Shown piece by piece: positions 36,944 to 45,944 of a stretch of 64,000 bases of DNA. A program made the position numbers and the translations under genes. Below the pieces are notes generated by a model, which made no database searches, was not told the origin of the DNA, and saw only the letters and a program-made list of their open reading frames with translations. The stretch is from a virus. Where the stretch lies: positions 1-64,000 of IMG/VR virus record IMGVR_UViG_3300033145_000692; one strand, given 5' to 3'. How positions within the stretch are numbered: position 1 is the first letter of the stretch; each line of letters starts with the position of its first letter.

Positions 36944-37730
36944 ATTCTGGTGCATGTTTCTTGATATCCTTTTTGATCTCAGCATCACTCAGGTAACCTG
37001 CTGCCCATGCCATCAGACGAGGTGGGAGCCCATTGATACCAGCGTTCAACATCACCGCTGCCATCTTACTCAACTGCGCTTTGGTTTTCTTATACCGAAA
37101 CTTTCTGGTGACAGGTACCCCACGGCGGGTCTTTTTTCCAGCCTTCTTCTCCTTGAACTTGATGATCTTATCAGCGGCGGCAACTTGCTTGTCTTCTGGT
37201 AGCTGACAGATCGCTTCGATATTCACTGCCGACAACAAGCCAAGTGCTGCCTTTATCTGCACCTTCTCAGGAAGCTTCAATAGACGAAGACGGATATGAA
37301 CCCATCTGGTTGGTCTCTTCAACTCCTTTGAAGCTGAACGAAGTGGTACCCCCTCTGGATAGAGTGCCTCGACTGCCTTTGCTTCCTCAAGCATGTTGAG
37401 GTCTTTACGCTCCAGATTCTCAGTGAGGTTGAGCAGTCTCGCCTGGTGCTCATCCAAACCTTTGAAGACAATCGCTGGAATAGTTTCCCACCTCAACAAG
37501 GACTCTACCGCTTTGAATCGCCGGTGCCCAGCCAACAATCTGAATCGCCCTTCCCACGGTTGGACGGCTATGGGGAACTGCAAACCGATCTCTTTGATTG
37601 AGTCTGCCAGTTCAATAATTGACTGAATCGTGAAAGCACCTCGACAGTTGAAACGCTCATCATATAGGATATCCTCAAGAGGAATCTCATAGGCATCATA
37701 CTGTTCAAGGCGCTTCATGTCTACGTCCAC
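36888..37730 (-). CDS. parB: ParB/Spo0J-like protein
   Basis: IELADSIKEIGLQFPI, LAGHRR, ENLERKDL..LEEA, HTH. Confidence 0.88.
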   Translation of the reverse strand: MDVDMKRLEQYDAYEIPLEDILYDERFNCRGAFTIQSIIELADSIKEIGLQFPIAVQPWEGRFRLLAGHRRFKAVESLLRWETIPAIVFKGLDEHQARLLNLTENLERKDLNMLEEAKAVEALYPEGVPLRSASKELKRPTRWVHIRLRLLKLPEKVQIKAALGLLSAVNIEAICQLPEDKQVAAADKIIKFKEKKAGKKTRRGVPVTRKFRYKKTKAQLSKMAAVMLNAGINGLPPRLMAWAAGYLSDAEIKKDIKKHAPEYEFRSSGESPFRWEDTDQ

Positions 37731-38356
37731 ATATACTGTCTCACGGCAGCCAGACGTTGGAGCATCTCATCAGACTGATCCTCCATATTCTGTTCCAACT
37801 CACTGGCTTCCTTTGTCAACGCGCGGTACTTGTCTTCCTGTCCATCTGTTTCAAAATGGAAGACCATCTGTCGGAGATTATTTTGAGGAGGATCAAGTTC
37901 CCTATGGTCGATCAAAGGTGAACACTCGCGGATGAGTTTCCAGATATTGTTGGTGGCTTCCTGGTACTCTTTCTGGTAGGTGATGTTCCACCAGTCCCAG
38001 ATTTCCTTCATCTCATCCATGACATACTTGCCACCAATCTTCTTGGGACCTTCCTCACCAAACCAGAGGACATGTCCAGGTGAGCATTCATTCTCAATGA
38101 ACTGCCCAAGAATCTCCATTGACATGTGCAGCAGAAGTTCCCGGCGATCACACCAAGAATGACAAAGCGTTCGTGGCTTGACCGTGGAGTATCTGTTCCA
38201 ACAGAAATTCTTTACCCACTGCCATATCGGACCAAGTCTGTAATCGTATGGAATCCGATAGTACACATCCATGACCTTGTCTTCTAAGGTCTCAGTCATC
38301 TGTCTAACCTTGGTCTTAATCACGTCAATCTCCAAAAAAATCATGTCAATCTCCAA
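37721..38356 (-). CDS. Hypothetical phage protein
   Basis: WCDRRELLLH...IWDWW...LQRLAAVRQYMWT; start uncertain. Confidence 0.65.
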   Translation of the reverse strand: MEIDMIFLEIDVIKTKVRQMTETLEDKVMDVYYRIPYDYRLGPIWQWVKNFCWNRYSTVKPRTLCHSWCDRRELLLHMSMEILGQFIENECSPGHVLWFGEEGPKKIGGKYVMDEMKEIWDWWNITYQKEYQEATNNIWKLIRECSPLIDHRELDPPQNNLRQMVFHFETDGQEDKYRALTKEASELEQNMEDQSDEMLQRLAAVRQYMWT

Positions 38357-38374
38357 AGTGTTGTGTTACACAAG

Positions 38375-38447
38375 CTGTAGTGGCAGGACTTGAACCTGCA
38401 ACCCTCTCCTTAACAGGGAGTTGCTCTACCAATTGAGCTACACTACA
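38375..38447 (-). tRNA. tRNA-Asn(GTT)
   Basis: TGTAGTG/CACTACA acceptor stem; loop CT-GTT-AA; T-loop TTCAAGT. Confidence 0.88.
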
Positions 38448-38707
38448 ATAGTTCTCCTCGGAAACGCCCAATACCTGAGCATCACCGAGATGCAGATCAG
38501 GTTGAGGATGTAGTTCGTCAACAACCATGGCACCGCTCCAAACTCTCCGATGGTGGCTATAACGTAGCAAACCTCACCGGTGAACCAGAGCAACAACGTC
38601 CAGATGGATAGACCACGTGCGTGTCCTTGGCAGTAGCATTGGACAGCTTGTGGCATCCCACTAAAGGCTAAACACAGAGAACCTATCCATCCGATCGCTG
38701 TTATCAC
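38438..38707 (-). CDS. PQ-loop / SemiSWEET-like three-TM protein
   Basis: IGWIGS..LAFSGMPQA...ARGLS...PWLLTNY. Confidence 0.8.
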   Translation of the reverse strand: MITAIGWIGSLCLAFSGMPQAVQCYCQGHARGLSIWTLLLWFTGEVCYVIATIGEFGAVPWLLTNYILNLICISVMLRYWAFPRRTIVV

Positions 38708-38709
38708 AA

Positions 38710-38886
38710 CTACTCTCCTAAGGTGATCGGTTCGTCACCGGGTTGCTTGCGAAGGTCTTCCGCAAAGGAATGAGCACTTCGACACACTGGTGTGCCTGAC
38801 ACCTTTCCTGGGTTATCACGATGAGTCTCAGTAGACCCACCATACATGTCGTCAAAGTCGAGTTTCTTGTCGCCGTCATCAGCCAT
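38710..38886 (-). CDS. 58-aa hypothetical protein (not in ORF track)
   Basis: GAGGT RBS; fills the gap between flanking genes. Confidence 0.5.
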   Translation of the reverse strand: MADDGDKKLDFDDMYGGSTETHRDNPGKVSGTPVCRSAHSFAEDLRKQPGDEPITLGE

Positions 38887-38888
38887 GG

Positions 38889-40196
38889 TTATACCTCAAT
38901 CAGGTAACGTTGTGGTCCAAGAGCTTCCCGTTCCGCATCCTTTAGTCGGATGTCCATTCGCCAGGTGATACCGTACTTTGGGTTTACACCGTGACACCAC
39001 TGGAATGGGTCCGAGTAAGCAGACAAGCTTTCGTAGGCGTATGCATCCGTTGCCAACCATGGTCCATTCATGATCATTTCGGTGTCAAGACTTCCAACCA
39101 TACCCTTTTGATGGAAGTGCCCAACACAATAGTAGCGAATGCGTGGACCCTCCTGTAACGGGGCAAGACCTTGCAGTCTCATCTGACGCCGCTGGAGCCC
39201 ATACCATGGAATTCCGAGCGCGGAACGGATATCATCGCCGTGTGTGATGTTGAAGCCGACGCCATTGATATCGAGATTGACACTGAAGCTGTTCGGAATC
39301 AGGAAATTGACATTCTCGATGTCCTCACAGTAGATGGAAGCAAACTTGGCAACCAGGAAATCCCAATTGTTCTGAGCCCCATGGTAGTCCTTCTTTTGTG
39401 AACGTCTGCCGTGGTTACCTGGGACATAAACTACGTTGACAACCGGGAAGTGCGCCGCCAGGTCACGGTACATCAGGGAGTGTAGCTTACCAATTGCAAG
39501 GCAGTTTTGCATCATGTTCCGGTAGTAGGAACGTTCGGCGGCTCCGTGAATCTCGCCACTGGTGAAATCACCATAAGCCAACACGTTCAACACTGGGAAA
39601 CTGAACCGGCTTGACAATGTGTCCTGTGTCCATTGGATCGTCGAGTCGACAAGACGCTCAGCACGACAACAACTGATCGGAAAATCATACCGCTCCAATC
39701 CACCACATTCGGTCGGATCAACTATCTGATCGTGGTGACCATCAGAGAGATGGAGTACAACATGTTCTTCAATCAAACCTGCCTTTTTGGTGTACTTCCG
39801 CGCCATGGGAAGTGGTTTGATCGGAATGACCTTGTCAGTCAAGACCTCAGCCATCGAAGTGAAAAGTCCCTCAGTCTTCGCATTGGACTTAGCTTGCTTC
39901 CTCGCACGGTTTCGTTCGTCTGTCAGGTGAACGACTTTACCTTCCAACTCTTGTATGCGTCTGTCGGTGGGATCGTGATCCTTGGCAGGTTTGTGCTGTC
40001 CACCAGCTTGTTTAGGTGCCGGGGCACCATTGGGCCATTCAATATCTTTGTAAAGCCGTCCCGTAGCAATGTCACTGACGAGAGACCGACTGATGCCATA
40101 CCTCTTGGCAATACCAGTCTGTTTCATCCCATTAGTAATTTCTTTCTTAACTTCCATGGCTAGACTATCCGAAAGTATCCGTTTGTTTTTGTCCAT
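38889..40196 (-). CDS. Calcineurin-like metallophosphoesterase with N-terminal HTH and coiled coil
   Basis: SDGH, GD, PGNHG, THGD, GHFH; GGAGG RBS. Confidence 0.85.
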   Translation of the reverse strand: MDKNKRILSDSLAMEVKKEITNGMKQTGIAKRYGISRSLVSDIATGRLYKDIEWPNGAPAPKQAGGQHKPAKDHDPTDRRIQELEGKVVHLTDERNRARKQAKSNAKTEGLFTSMAEVLTDKVIPIKPLPMARKYTKKAGLIEEHVVLHLSDGHHDQIVDPTECGGLERYDFPISCCRAERLVDSTIQWTQDTLSSRFSFPVLNVLAYGDFTSGEIHGAAERSYYRNMMQNCLAIGKLHSLMYRDLAAHFPVVNVVYVPGNHGRRSQKKDYHGAQNNWDFLVAKFASIYCEDIENVNFLIPNSFSVNLDINGVGFNITHGDDIRSALGIPWYGLQRRQMRLQGLAPLQEGPRIRYYCVGHFHQKGMVGSLDTEMIMNGPWLATDAYAYESLSAYSDPFQWCHGVNPKYGITWRMDIRLKDAEREALGPQRYLIEV

Positions 40197-40261
40197 GTTT
40201 CGTCCTCCGTTAAGACAGCCCATAGGATTCACCTACAGGCTGTCGGTGTCATTGTCGTTTG

Positions 40262-41353
40262 TCAAATTGATGGGAGATGGTCGTATACCGGCCCTGATTG
40301 GATTTCGATCTCAATAATCCCGCTTTCAATAGGGTCAATCACCTCGATGATATTCCCGTCAGCGTCTCGGATGATTACCGTCCCGTCATCTTCGATTGTG
40401 ATGTTCTCAGTGTCGTCGATTACAGGTGGGTCAAGCGGTGGCATAGGTGGTGCTATGGTAGGAATCTCTTGCAACACAACACCAAGCAAATCCTGAATCA
40501 TTTCGAGAAGCTCATCCAAATCCACTTCGATAATCACCACCTCAGGCTCAGGGGGTAGTTCACCCCATACCTCATCTAGGTCTCCGGTGTCACGATCCTC
40601 AACAATGCGGTTGTACATGTCACCACGCCACGGAACGATCTTGTCTGGTAGAGGTACTTCACGGTCGAACGCCCACATGCAATCATGAATCTTCGACCAA
40701 TGGTAGATGGCTCGCGTTGTCTCAATTACAGTAAGGCGAGGAGCACTACCCATAACCAGAAGTCCCACAATGTCATAGGTATCCTCGTCTACAACGGGAC
40801 CTCCGGAGCAACCAGGGTAAGCCGTGATGTCGACGTTGTCGAGCCAACGGGGTACGAGTACCATACGAGAATCGTTAAACAGGCGATCTACAAAGGAAAC
40901 TTGCCCGAAGGACACCAGACGTTCATTCAATTTATCAAAAGGTGTCCCACAGTGAACCACCCTTTGACCAACCTTTATCTGATTGAAGCCTCGATAGAAC
41001 CTGGTGGTACCATCAAATTCACCGCCGCTGACCACTTCCAACAATGCACAATCGGCTGCAAGCATCTCATCACTTGATCTAAGTACACGGGCAACAGCAC
41101 GTTTATCCCCTTGGATCACGTCGATGTCACTGAAGGTACCATTGCGATTCATGAAGGTATTGGCTACATGAGCAGCAGTCCAGATGAAAGTAGTCACCCG
41201 GTCCCCATCCGTTCGGGTAAAGAGTACCCCGGAGCCGTGTCCACTCCCATCAGTGAGAACGACCGTATTCTCCTGCAACTGTTCTGGGGCAGTTAGTTCT
41301 GCAAAGCACGGCGTGCTCGCGAACATCAGTATCAAGACAAACAAGTACTTCAT
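40262..41353 (-). CDS. Trypsin-like serine protease with signal peptide and acidic Pro-rich tail
   Basis: GSGV, TAAHV, DCALL, PGCSGGP. Confidence 0.85.
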   Translation of the reverse strand: MKYLFVLILMFASTPCFAELTAPEQLQENTVVLTDGSGHGSGVLFTRTDGDRVTTFIWTAAHVANTFMNRNGTFSDIDVIQGDKRAVARVLRSSDEMLAADCALLEVVSGGEFDGTTRFYRGFNQIKVGQRVVHCGTPFDKLNERLVSFGQVSFVDRLFNDSRMVLVPRWLDNVDITAYPGCSGGPVVDEDTYDIVGLLVMGSAPRLTVIETTRAIYHWSKIHDCMWAFDREVPLPDKIVPWRGDMYNRIVEDRDTGDLDEVWGELPPEPEVVIIEVDLDELLEMIQDLLGVVLQEIPTIAPPMPPLDPPVIDDTENITIEDDGTVIIRDADGNIIEVIDPIESGIIEIEIQSGPVYDHLPSI

Positions 41354-41372
41354 CGTGTTCTCCATTGGAAGT

Positions 41373-41681
41373 TTAGTATGTGTCCCAATCAATGGTTTCA
41401 AGTGGGACGTCCAAGTCGATCTCGACATCGAGATCAGAATCATCAAGTGATGGAAAGTACTCTAGAAAACTTTCGGCTACGATGTAAACCATCACTTCCA
41501 CATCTCTCTCGCTGATGGCTTCGATGATGGCAATGTTGTCATACTGCTCGTATGCCATAGCGTACTCATCGAAGCCTTCCAAACCAACATTCAACGCCTT
41601 CCGTAGTTGGGTGTAGGGGTTGTCAAGTTGTGAAATCCACTCTTGACTGAACGTCAAATAGAGTCGTATCCTTGACATCAT
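41373..41681 (-). CDS. Acidic hypothetical protein
   Basis: ORF following the helicase. Confidence 0.55.
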   Translation of the reverse strand: MMSRIRLYLTFSQEWISQLDNPYTQLRKALNVGLEGFDEYAMAYEQYDNIAIIEAISERDVEVMVYIVAESFLEYFPSLDDSDLDVEIDLDVPLETIDWDTY

Positions 41682-44671
41682 GTTACTTCCCCTTCCATAC
41701 CAGTTTCCCAATCAATGCCACTAGTGATCTTACCCATGGTCATCAATTCGAGCTTACGGTTTTCCCTGATGATGTCGACCACACGTTCATCTGTTGGCAG
41801 ATGGATGAGGTCGACGATAACACACCCAAGATTTTCATCCATACCCTTACGGTGAATCCTGTCTTCACTTTGGACACGGTACTCACCTTTGAACGAATTC
41901 GACCAATAGACTGCCATCCGTGCCTCGCATAAGGTCAGAGACATACCACCCGATTCTGGATGGGCAACAAAAGCGACTCTCGGATTGTTCTCCAAATCAC
42001 CCCAGAAATCTAGAGCTTCCACCTCGGTGATGGTGGTTCCGTCCTCCAATGTTACTTGGAAACCACGTCCATCACATCTCACTACTGCCCAGCCATCATT
42101 ATGGCAGATGCGGACACAGCGATCAACACTCCCTGTGAAACCTGCAAAGATCACGATCCTTCCAGTCTCTTCACACTCCTCAAGAAGACTTCGGAGAGCG
42201 GGTTCCTTCGGGCAGGCTACTTCTCTGATGATCCGTTTGGTCTTCTTCATCTGTCCAGAGCCTTTACACTTTGGACATTTGACCCGCCTCTTCTCCAGCT
42301 TCGATACCAACTCCTCGGACAGCAAGCTGATATCCTGGTAGACCTTGTGCTCAATCTCAGGATTGAACCATTCGTCAACCTCCCCGCAAGCATTCTCACA
42401 ATGGTTGCAGGCTTTGGTACCATCCTCAATGTCACGGTACTGGAATCCGTCGGACAACTCCCTGAGAAGAGTCATGCCGATCATGGCGTTCTGCGCCGAC
42501 TCGATGATAGTCTTGCCGACCCTCAGTAGTGAAGCCTTGGGCTTGCACATCACCTTCCGGTAACGCTTATCTGGGAGTGTGAGGCAATCCTTCTTATGCT
42601 TGATCAGTGCAAGACCCTTGAGCCTCTCGAACATGTAGGCGACTTCGTTCTTAGTTGGCACGAACTTGTGGTACTCATAGTTGTCATCAGATAGTGCAAG
42701 CATCGGATCAGGATCATGTGGACCATCTTCATAGAGGTCCCCACATGTGTTGCACTTATCATCGTTGTCCCGCCAACCATAAGTCTTCCAAAAGGTGCCA
42801 GTATCGAAAGTCTTTTGGACTTGGAAGGCAAGTCTCTTCTCTAGGGCTTTCACACTACCCTCTTTCAAATAACCTGGCCAAGCAATCTCGGCTTGACTCC
42901 ACCAATCAGTCGGACGTTTTGGGGATGGCGTCCCAGACATGAGGATTACGTATCCGCTCCACATGTACTTGGAGCGAATCAAATCGGCTAGCATCAGAGC
43001 CGCCTTTGACCTCTGACTGGATGGAGTCTTACATCGTGAAGACTCATCGAAGATGACGCCATTTGGTACCGGATCACCTGGACTCCTCTCGTCCATGATT
43101 CTCACGAGTCGCTCGTAAGTCATGAAATCAACAGTGGCACAGGTTTCGTCAAAACCCCACTTCTTGAACTCGCGTTGGATGTTCGGAAGGGATGTCTTCG
43201 GACCCACCCAATACCAGTGTGGGACGTTGGCTCGCTCGATCACTTCCTGTGCAGATAGGGTGTTGTGAGTCACAATGAACTCATCCGTGACATACAACTG
43301 ATTGTCTGCTTCAACGGCGATACAGATACACTCCTCTTCGCCTATTGACTCGACAGTCGTGATGGCGCGCGTCGGTTCATACTTTGTGGGTACCACATAC
43401 GTATCCAGCTTCCGGCTCAACTTGAAAGGTTGAATTGAAGAGTGGAATGAAGCAATGATGGTGTACGCCAACCGACCCTTCAACTTTTTACCTTTGTAGG
43501 TATACGTTGGGATTTTCTCAGTGGTGTTACAGGTTCCACCAAGGGATTGAACGAGTGTCACAAACACATCGCGTAGCTCGGGCGCAGTTGTTGAGAATTC
43601 AACGCAACCGGATTTTGGTGCATGTCCATCCGAATCACATAACCCTTGTAAAAGTTCAATACGTTTCTGAACTGTATTGAACAAATACCCATCAGGTAGA
43701 AACTTTTCAAATGACCGGCAACCCTTCAAACCAGATCGCTTGATGAAATTGTTGACTGTAACGTCCTTGATACCATAAGTCATACAACGATACCATCTGA
43801 GGGGGGTATCCATCAATAAGTTCAGGCGCTTAACAGTCTCGTCATCTGGTATCGAAACTCTCATTGGTGCTGATTGAGTCAAACATCCGTTACCTAAAAT
43901 ATATCCCAACAGATATGGTGGAATCTCAGAAGGGACATCACCATACTCGACAGGAACAACCATCGGAATGTAATGTTTGTTGTGCCCGCATGGTTGTTGA
44001 AGCCCTCGTGAAATAATTTCCTGTAATTCCAAAGTCTCATAAGGTAGACCTCGAAACTTTCGACTCGTTGTCCGAACATTCCAGAGGTGGTCTCCACCAC
44101 AGACTGTTGATGAACCATCAGTAAAAGTCACACGGAACATTTCCATTTTACCACGAGGAAACACACCTTTAACCCGGGTCGTACCACCATCTGGATTGAT
44201 AACCTCATCACCAACTTTTACGTCACCAAATGTAGTCCAACCGGTGGGAGTAGCTATTTTAGTGTATTTACACTGAGCCTTGCCGGTGCCCATTTCGGCG
44301 CCAAAAATCTGGAAATGGTAGGTCAGACCGTGATCGGTCATGTCCTTCTGGTGTTCCATCAATGGGCGCTCATACGAGTGGTGTTCAAGTGGTCGGTCAA
44401 ACCATTCAAAGACATTCTCGCCCATCAGATAGTGGAGATTGAACTGATTCCTGAAGCTGTCATCAATCGACCAAATCTTCTTTGGTTTCTTATCATAGCC
44501 ATGCCACTTGGCACCAGCGAATGCCTTAATCTCATCCTTAAAGGCGAACGCCGACTTCAAGAAGAAGATTCGATCGTCCTTGAACTCCAAGGTTGCAGGG
44601 CTGCGAAGTTTGGTACCCTTCTCAGTTCGGTATTCAAGCTTGCATTGTATGATCTTTCTCTCTTCAGACAT
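41678..44671 (-). CDS. SNF2/SF2 helicase containing an intein
   Basis: MEHQ, EMGTGK|T, FDESS, MSGTP, GGMSLTL, QSEDRIHRKG. Confidence 0.9.
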   Translation of the reverse strand: MSEERKIIQCKLEYRTEKGTKLRSPATLEFKDDRIFFLKSAFAFKDEIKAFAGAKWHGYDKKPKKIWSIDDSFRNQFNLHYLMGENVFEWFDRPLEHHSYERPLMEHQKDMTDHGLTYHFQIFGAEMGTGKAQCKYTKIATPTGWTTFGDVKVGDEVINPDGGTTRVKGVFPRGKMEMFRVTFTDGSSTVCGGDHLWNVRTTSRKFRGLPYETLELQEIISRGLQQPCGHNKHYIPMVVPVEYGDVPSEIPPYLLGYILGNGCLTQSAPMRVSIPDDETVKRLNLLMDTPLRWYRCMTYGIKDVTVNNFIKRSGLKGCRSFEKFLPDGYLFNTVQKRIELLQGLCDSDGHAPKSGCVEFSTTAPELRDVFVTLVQSLGGTCNTTEKIPTYTYKGKKLKGRLAYTIIASFHSSIQPFKLSRKLDTYVVPTKYEPTRAITTVESIGEEECICIAVEADNQLYVTDEFIVTHNTLSAQEVIERANVPHWYWVGPKTSLPNIQREFKKWGFDETCATVDFMTYERLVRIMDERSPGDPVPNGVIFDESSRCKTPSSQRSKAALMLADLIRSKYMWSGYVILMSGTPSPKRPTDWWSQAEIAWPGYLKEGSVKALEKRLAFQVQKTFDTGTFWKTYGWRDNDDKCNTCGDLYEDGPHDPDPMLALSDDNYEYHKFVPTKNEVAYMFERLKGLALIKHKKDCLTLPDKRYRKVMCKPKASLLRVGKTIIESAQNAMIGMTLLRELSDGFQYRDIEDGTKACNHCENACGEVDEWFNPEIEHKVYQDISLLSEELVSKLEKRRVKCPKCKGSGQMKKTKRIIREVACPKEPALRSLLEECEETGRIVIFAGFTGSVDRCVRICHNDGWAVVRCDGRGFQVTLEDGTTITEVEALDFWGDLENNPRVAFVAHPESGGMSLTLCEARMAVYWSNSFKGEYRVQSEDRIHRKGMDENLGCVIVDLIHLPTDERVVDIIRENRKLELMTMGKITSGIDWETGMEGEVT
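43262..44278 (-). mobile_element. Class 3 (Ala-start, WCT) intein of 339 aa with LAGLIDADG endonuclease, inserted in the Walker A loop
   Basis: GK|AQCKYT...DHLW...CICIAV...VTHN|T; YLLGYILGNG and LQGLCDSDG. Confidence 0.88.
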
Positions 44672-44879
44672 TTTTCTTTCCCCAGATAACTTGATGCCAA
44701 ATTCTCTCATGCAAGAAGAAGAAGCCGACCTTAAACGCGAAACAGATGCTTGTCAATTCGATGCTTGTCTTCACACTGTCTGTGTATATGTAAGTAATGA
44801 GAAGTGTTAGAACGAATGAGAACGATTCCCAAGTGAAGCCTTTGAAGACTGAGCGGTGTATACAACTACTGTCTCTCAC
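44664..44879 (-). CDS. DUF2061-like small membrane protein
   Basis: RSVFKGFTW...KVGFFFLHERIW...WG. Confidence 0.75.
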   Translation of the reverse strand: MRDSSCIHRSVFKGFTWESFSFVLTLLITYIYTDSVKTSIELTSICFAFKVGFFFLHERIWHQVIWGKKNV

Positions 44880-45394
44880 CGTTGGTCCTCCAGCAAGAGT
44901 GTATTGCCGGGACCTTCCCGCCTCCTACAAGCTGTCCACACATCCAAACAAGCTGCTTCAAAGATCGACAATATCTTGTTAAAGAGTTCACGAACCGCGG
45001 GTTGAGCTTCTATTCGACAACCGGAAAGTACCGCGCGTCTCCACTGTGACAACGACCCACTGATGACTGCTGCTTGAATACCACGTGCCACAGTATCTGC
45101 AACTACGAATGGCATCTTGGAACAACACGTCAACACGTCTAACATCTCTCTGTCATCAATTGCTACGAGTACAGAGAAGGAGACATGGGTTAGTAGGTTG
45201 GGTGGCAGGCTGACAGGTGCATCTTCATCCTGTATTGCAGCCAAGCAACTGAGAAACCGTTCAGTGTCTGTCAACTGCTTGTGTGAAGCATCCGCCCCAG
45301 CACTGATTGTGTAGCCAAACATCTCGTGTGACATCCCAAGAAACTTGGTGAAGTCGATCGACGGCTGCTGGATCAAAATTGCGTGTGATGGCAT
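44876..45394 (-). CDS. Degenerate ThyX-like protein
   Basis: LTHVSFSVLV and ISGSLSQWR resemble ThyX EHxxFTF and TGNxRxW; the RHR catalytic motif is absent. Confidence 0.45.
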   Translation of the reverse strand: MPSHAILIQQPSIDFTKFLGMSHEMFGYTISAGADASHKQLTDTERFLSCLAAIQDEDAPVSLPPNLLTHVSFSVLVAIDDREMLDVLTCCSKMPFVVADTVARGIQAAVISGSLSQWRRAVLSGCRIEAQPAVRELFNKILSIFEAACLDVWTACRRREGPGNTLLLEDQR

Positions 45395-45422
45395 ACCTCA
45401 CCTTTCTTTGTCTGTTGTAGAA

Positions 45423-45486
45423 TGAGAAACGGGAGGGAATCGAACCCCCATGGTCACTACTTCCACCACGCCCAGTGCCGTCCTCA
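45423..45486 (-). ncRNA. tRNA-like element lacking a D-arm
   Basis: Acceptor-like stem, T-arm GGGGG-TTCGATT-CCCTC, one central hairpin; starts 3 nt after tRNA-Met. Confidence 0.45.
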
Positions 45487-45488
45487 AA

Positions 45489-45560
45489 TTGTGGAGGGTG
45501 GAATCGAACCACCGACAATGGGCGTATGGAACCCATGAGATACCACTTCTCAACCCCACA
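45489..45560 (-). tRNA. tRNA with CAT anticodon (Met/fMet/Ile2 class), atypical C33
   Basis: TGTGGGG/CTCCACA; D-stem GAGA/TCTC; loop TC-CAT-AC; T-loop TTCGATT. Confidence 0.75.
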
Positions 45561-45593
45561 ATAACGACGTGGACGTTCCACGCCGTGTAAACG

Positions 45594-45725
45594 CTACGAA
45601 CCGAGGATTGAAAGGATCGCCTCGGTAATCTGGTCACTCCAAGTACCACCACCAATGAGGGCAGCAGCAGCGAGTGCGATAATCCACACCCACTTGTTCT
45701 TTGCCAATTCCTTGACTTTGTCCAT
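45594..45725 (-). CDS. 43-aa single-TM peptide (not in ORF track)
   Basis: MDKVKELAKNKWVWIIALAAAALIGGGTWSDQITEAILSILGS; GAAAGG RBS. Confidence 0.6.
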   Translation of the reverse strand: MDKVKELAKNKWVWIIALAAAALIGGGTWSDQITEAILSILGS

Positions 45726-45899
45726 GATGGACCTTTCGTTGTAAAGAGAAACCACCCCCGACAGTCCCCTTCATCCAGAAACATTGTCTGAATTGAGACC
45801 CAAGCACACCTACTGTCAGTTCCTGGGGTCAGTTCCTGGGGTCAGAATTACAATGGGATTTGCCACTGTAACCCGGGTGGCTGGTAAATTGTTCCCTAT

Positions 45900-45933
45900 T
45901 GAATATATGGCTTTCAACAGAGGTTTGTCCAAC
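45900..45933 (-). promoter_or_regulatory. Bipartite motif GTTGGACAA-N10-AAAGCYATATATTCA, copy 2
   Basis: Matches 29249-29282. Confidence 0.6.
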
Positions 45934-45944
45934 AAATTCCGAAA

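Noticed and set aside
45489-45560. Trp(CCA) or UGA-reading tRNA via a 9-nt loop
   Set aside because: The 7-nt loop with CAT and purine 37 fits the cloverleaf better; the CCA register would put T at position 37.
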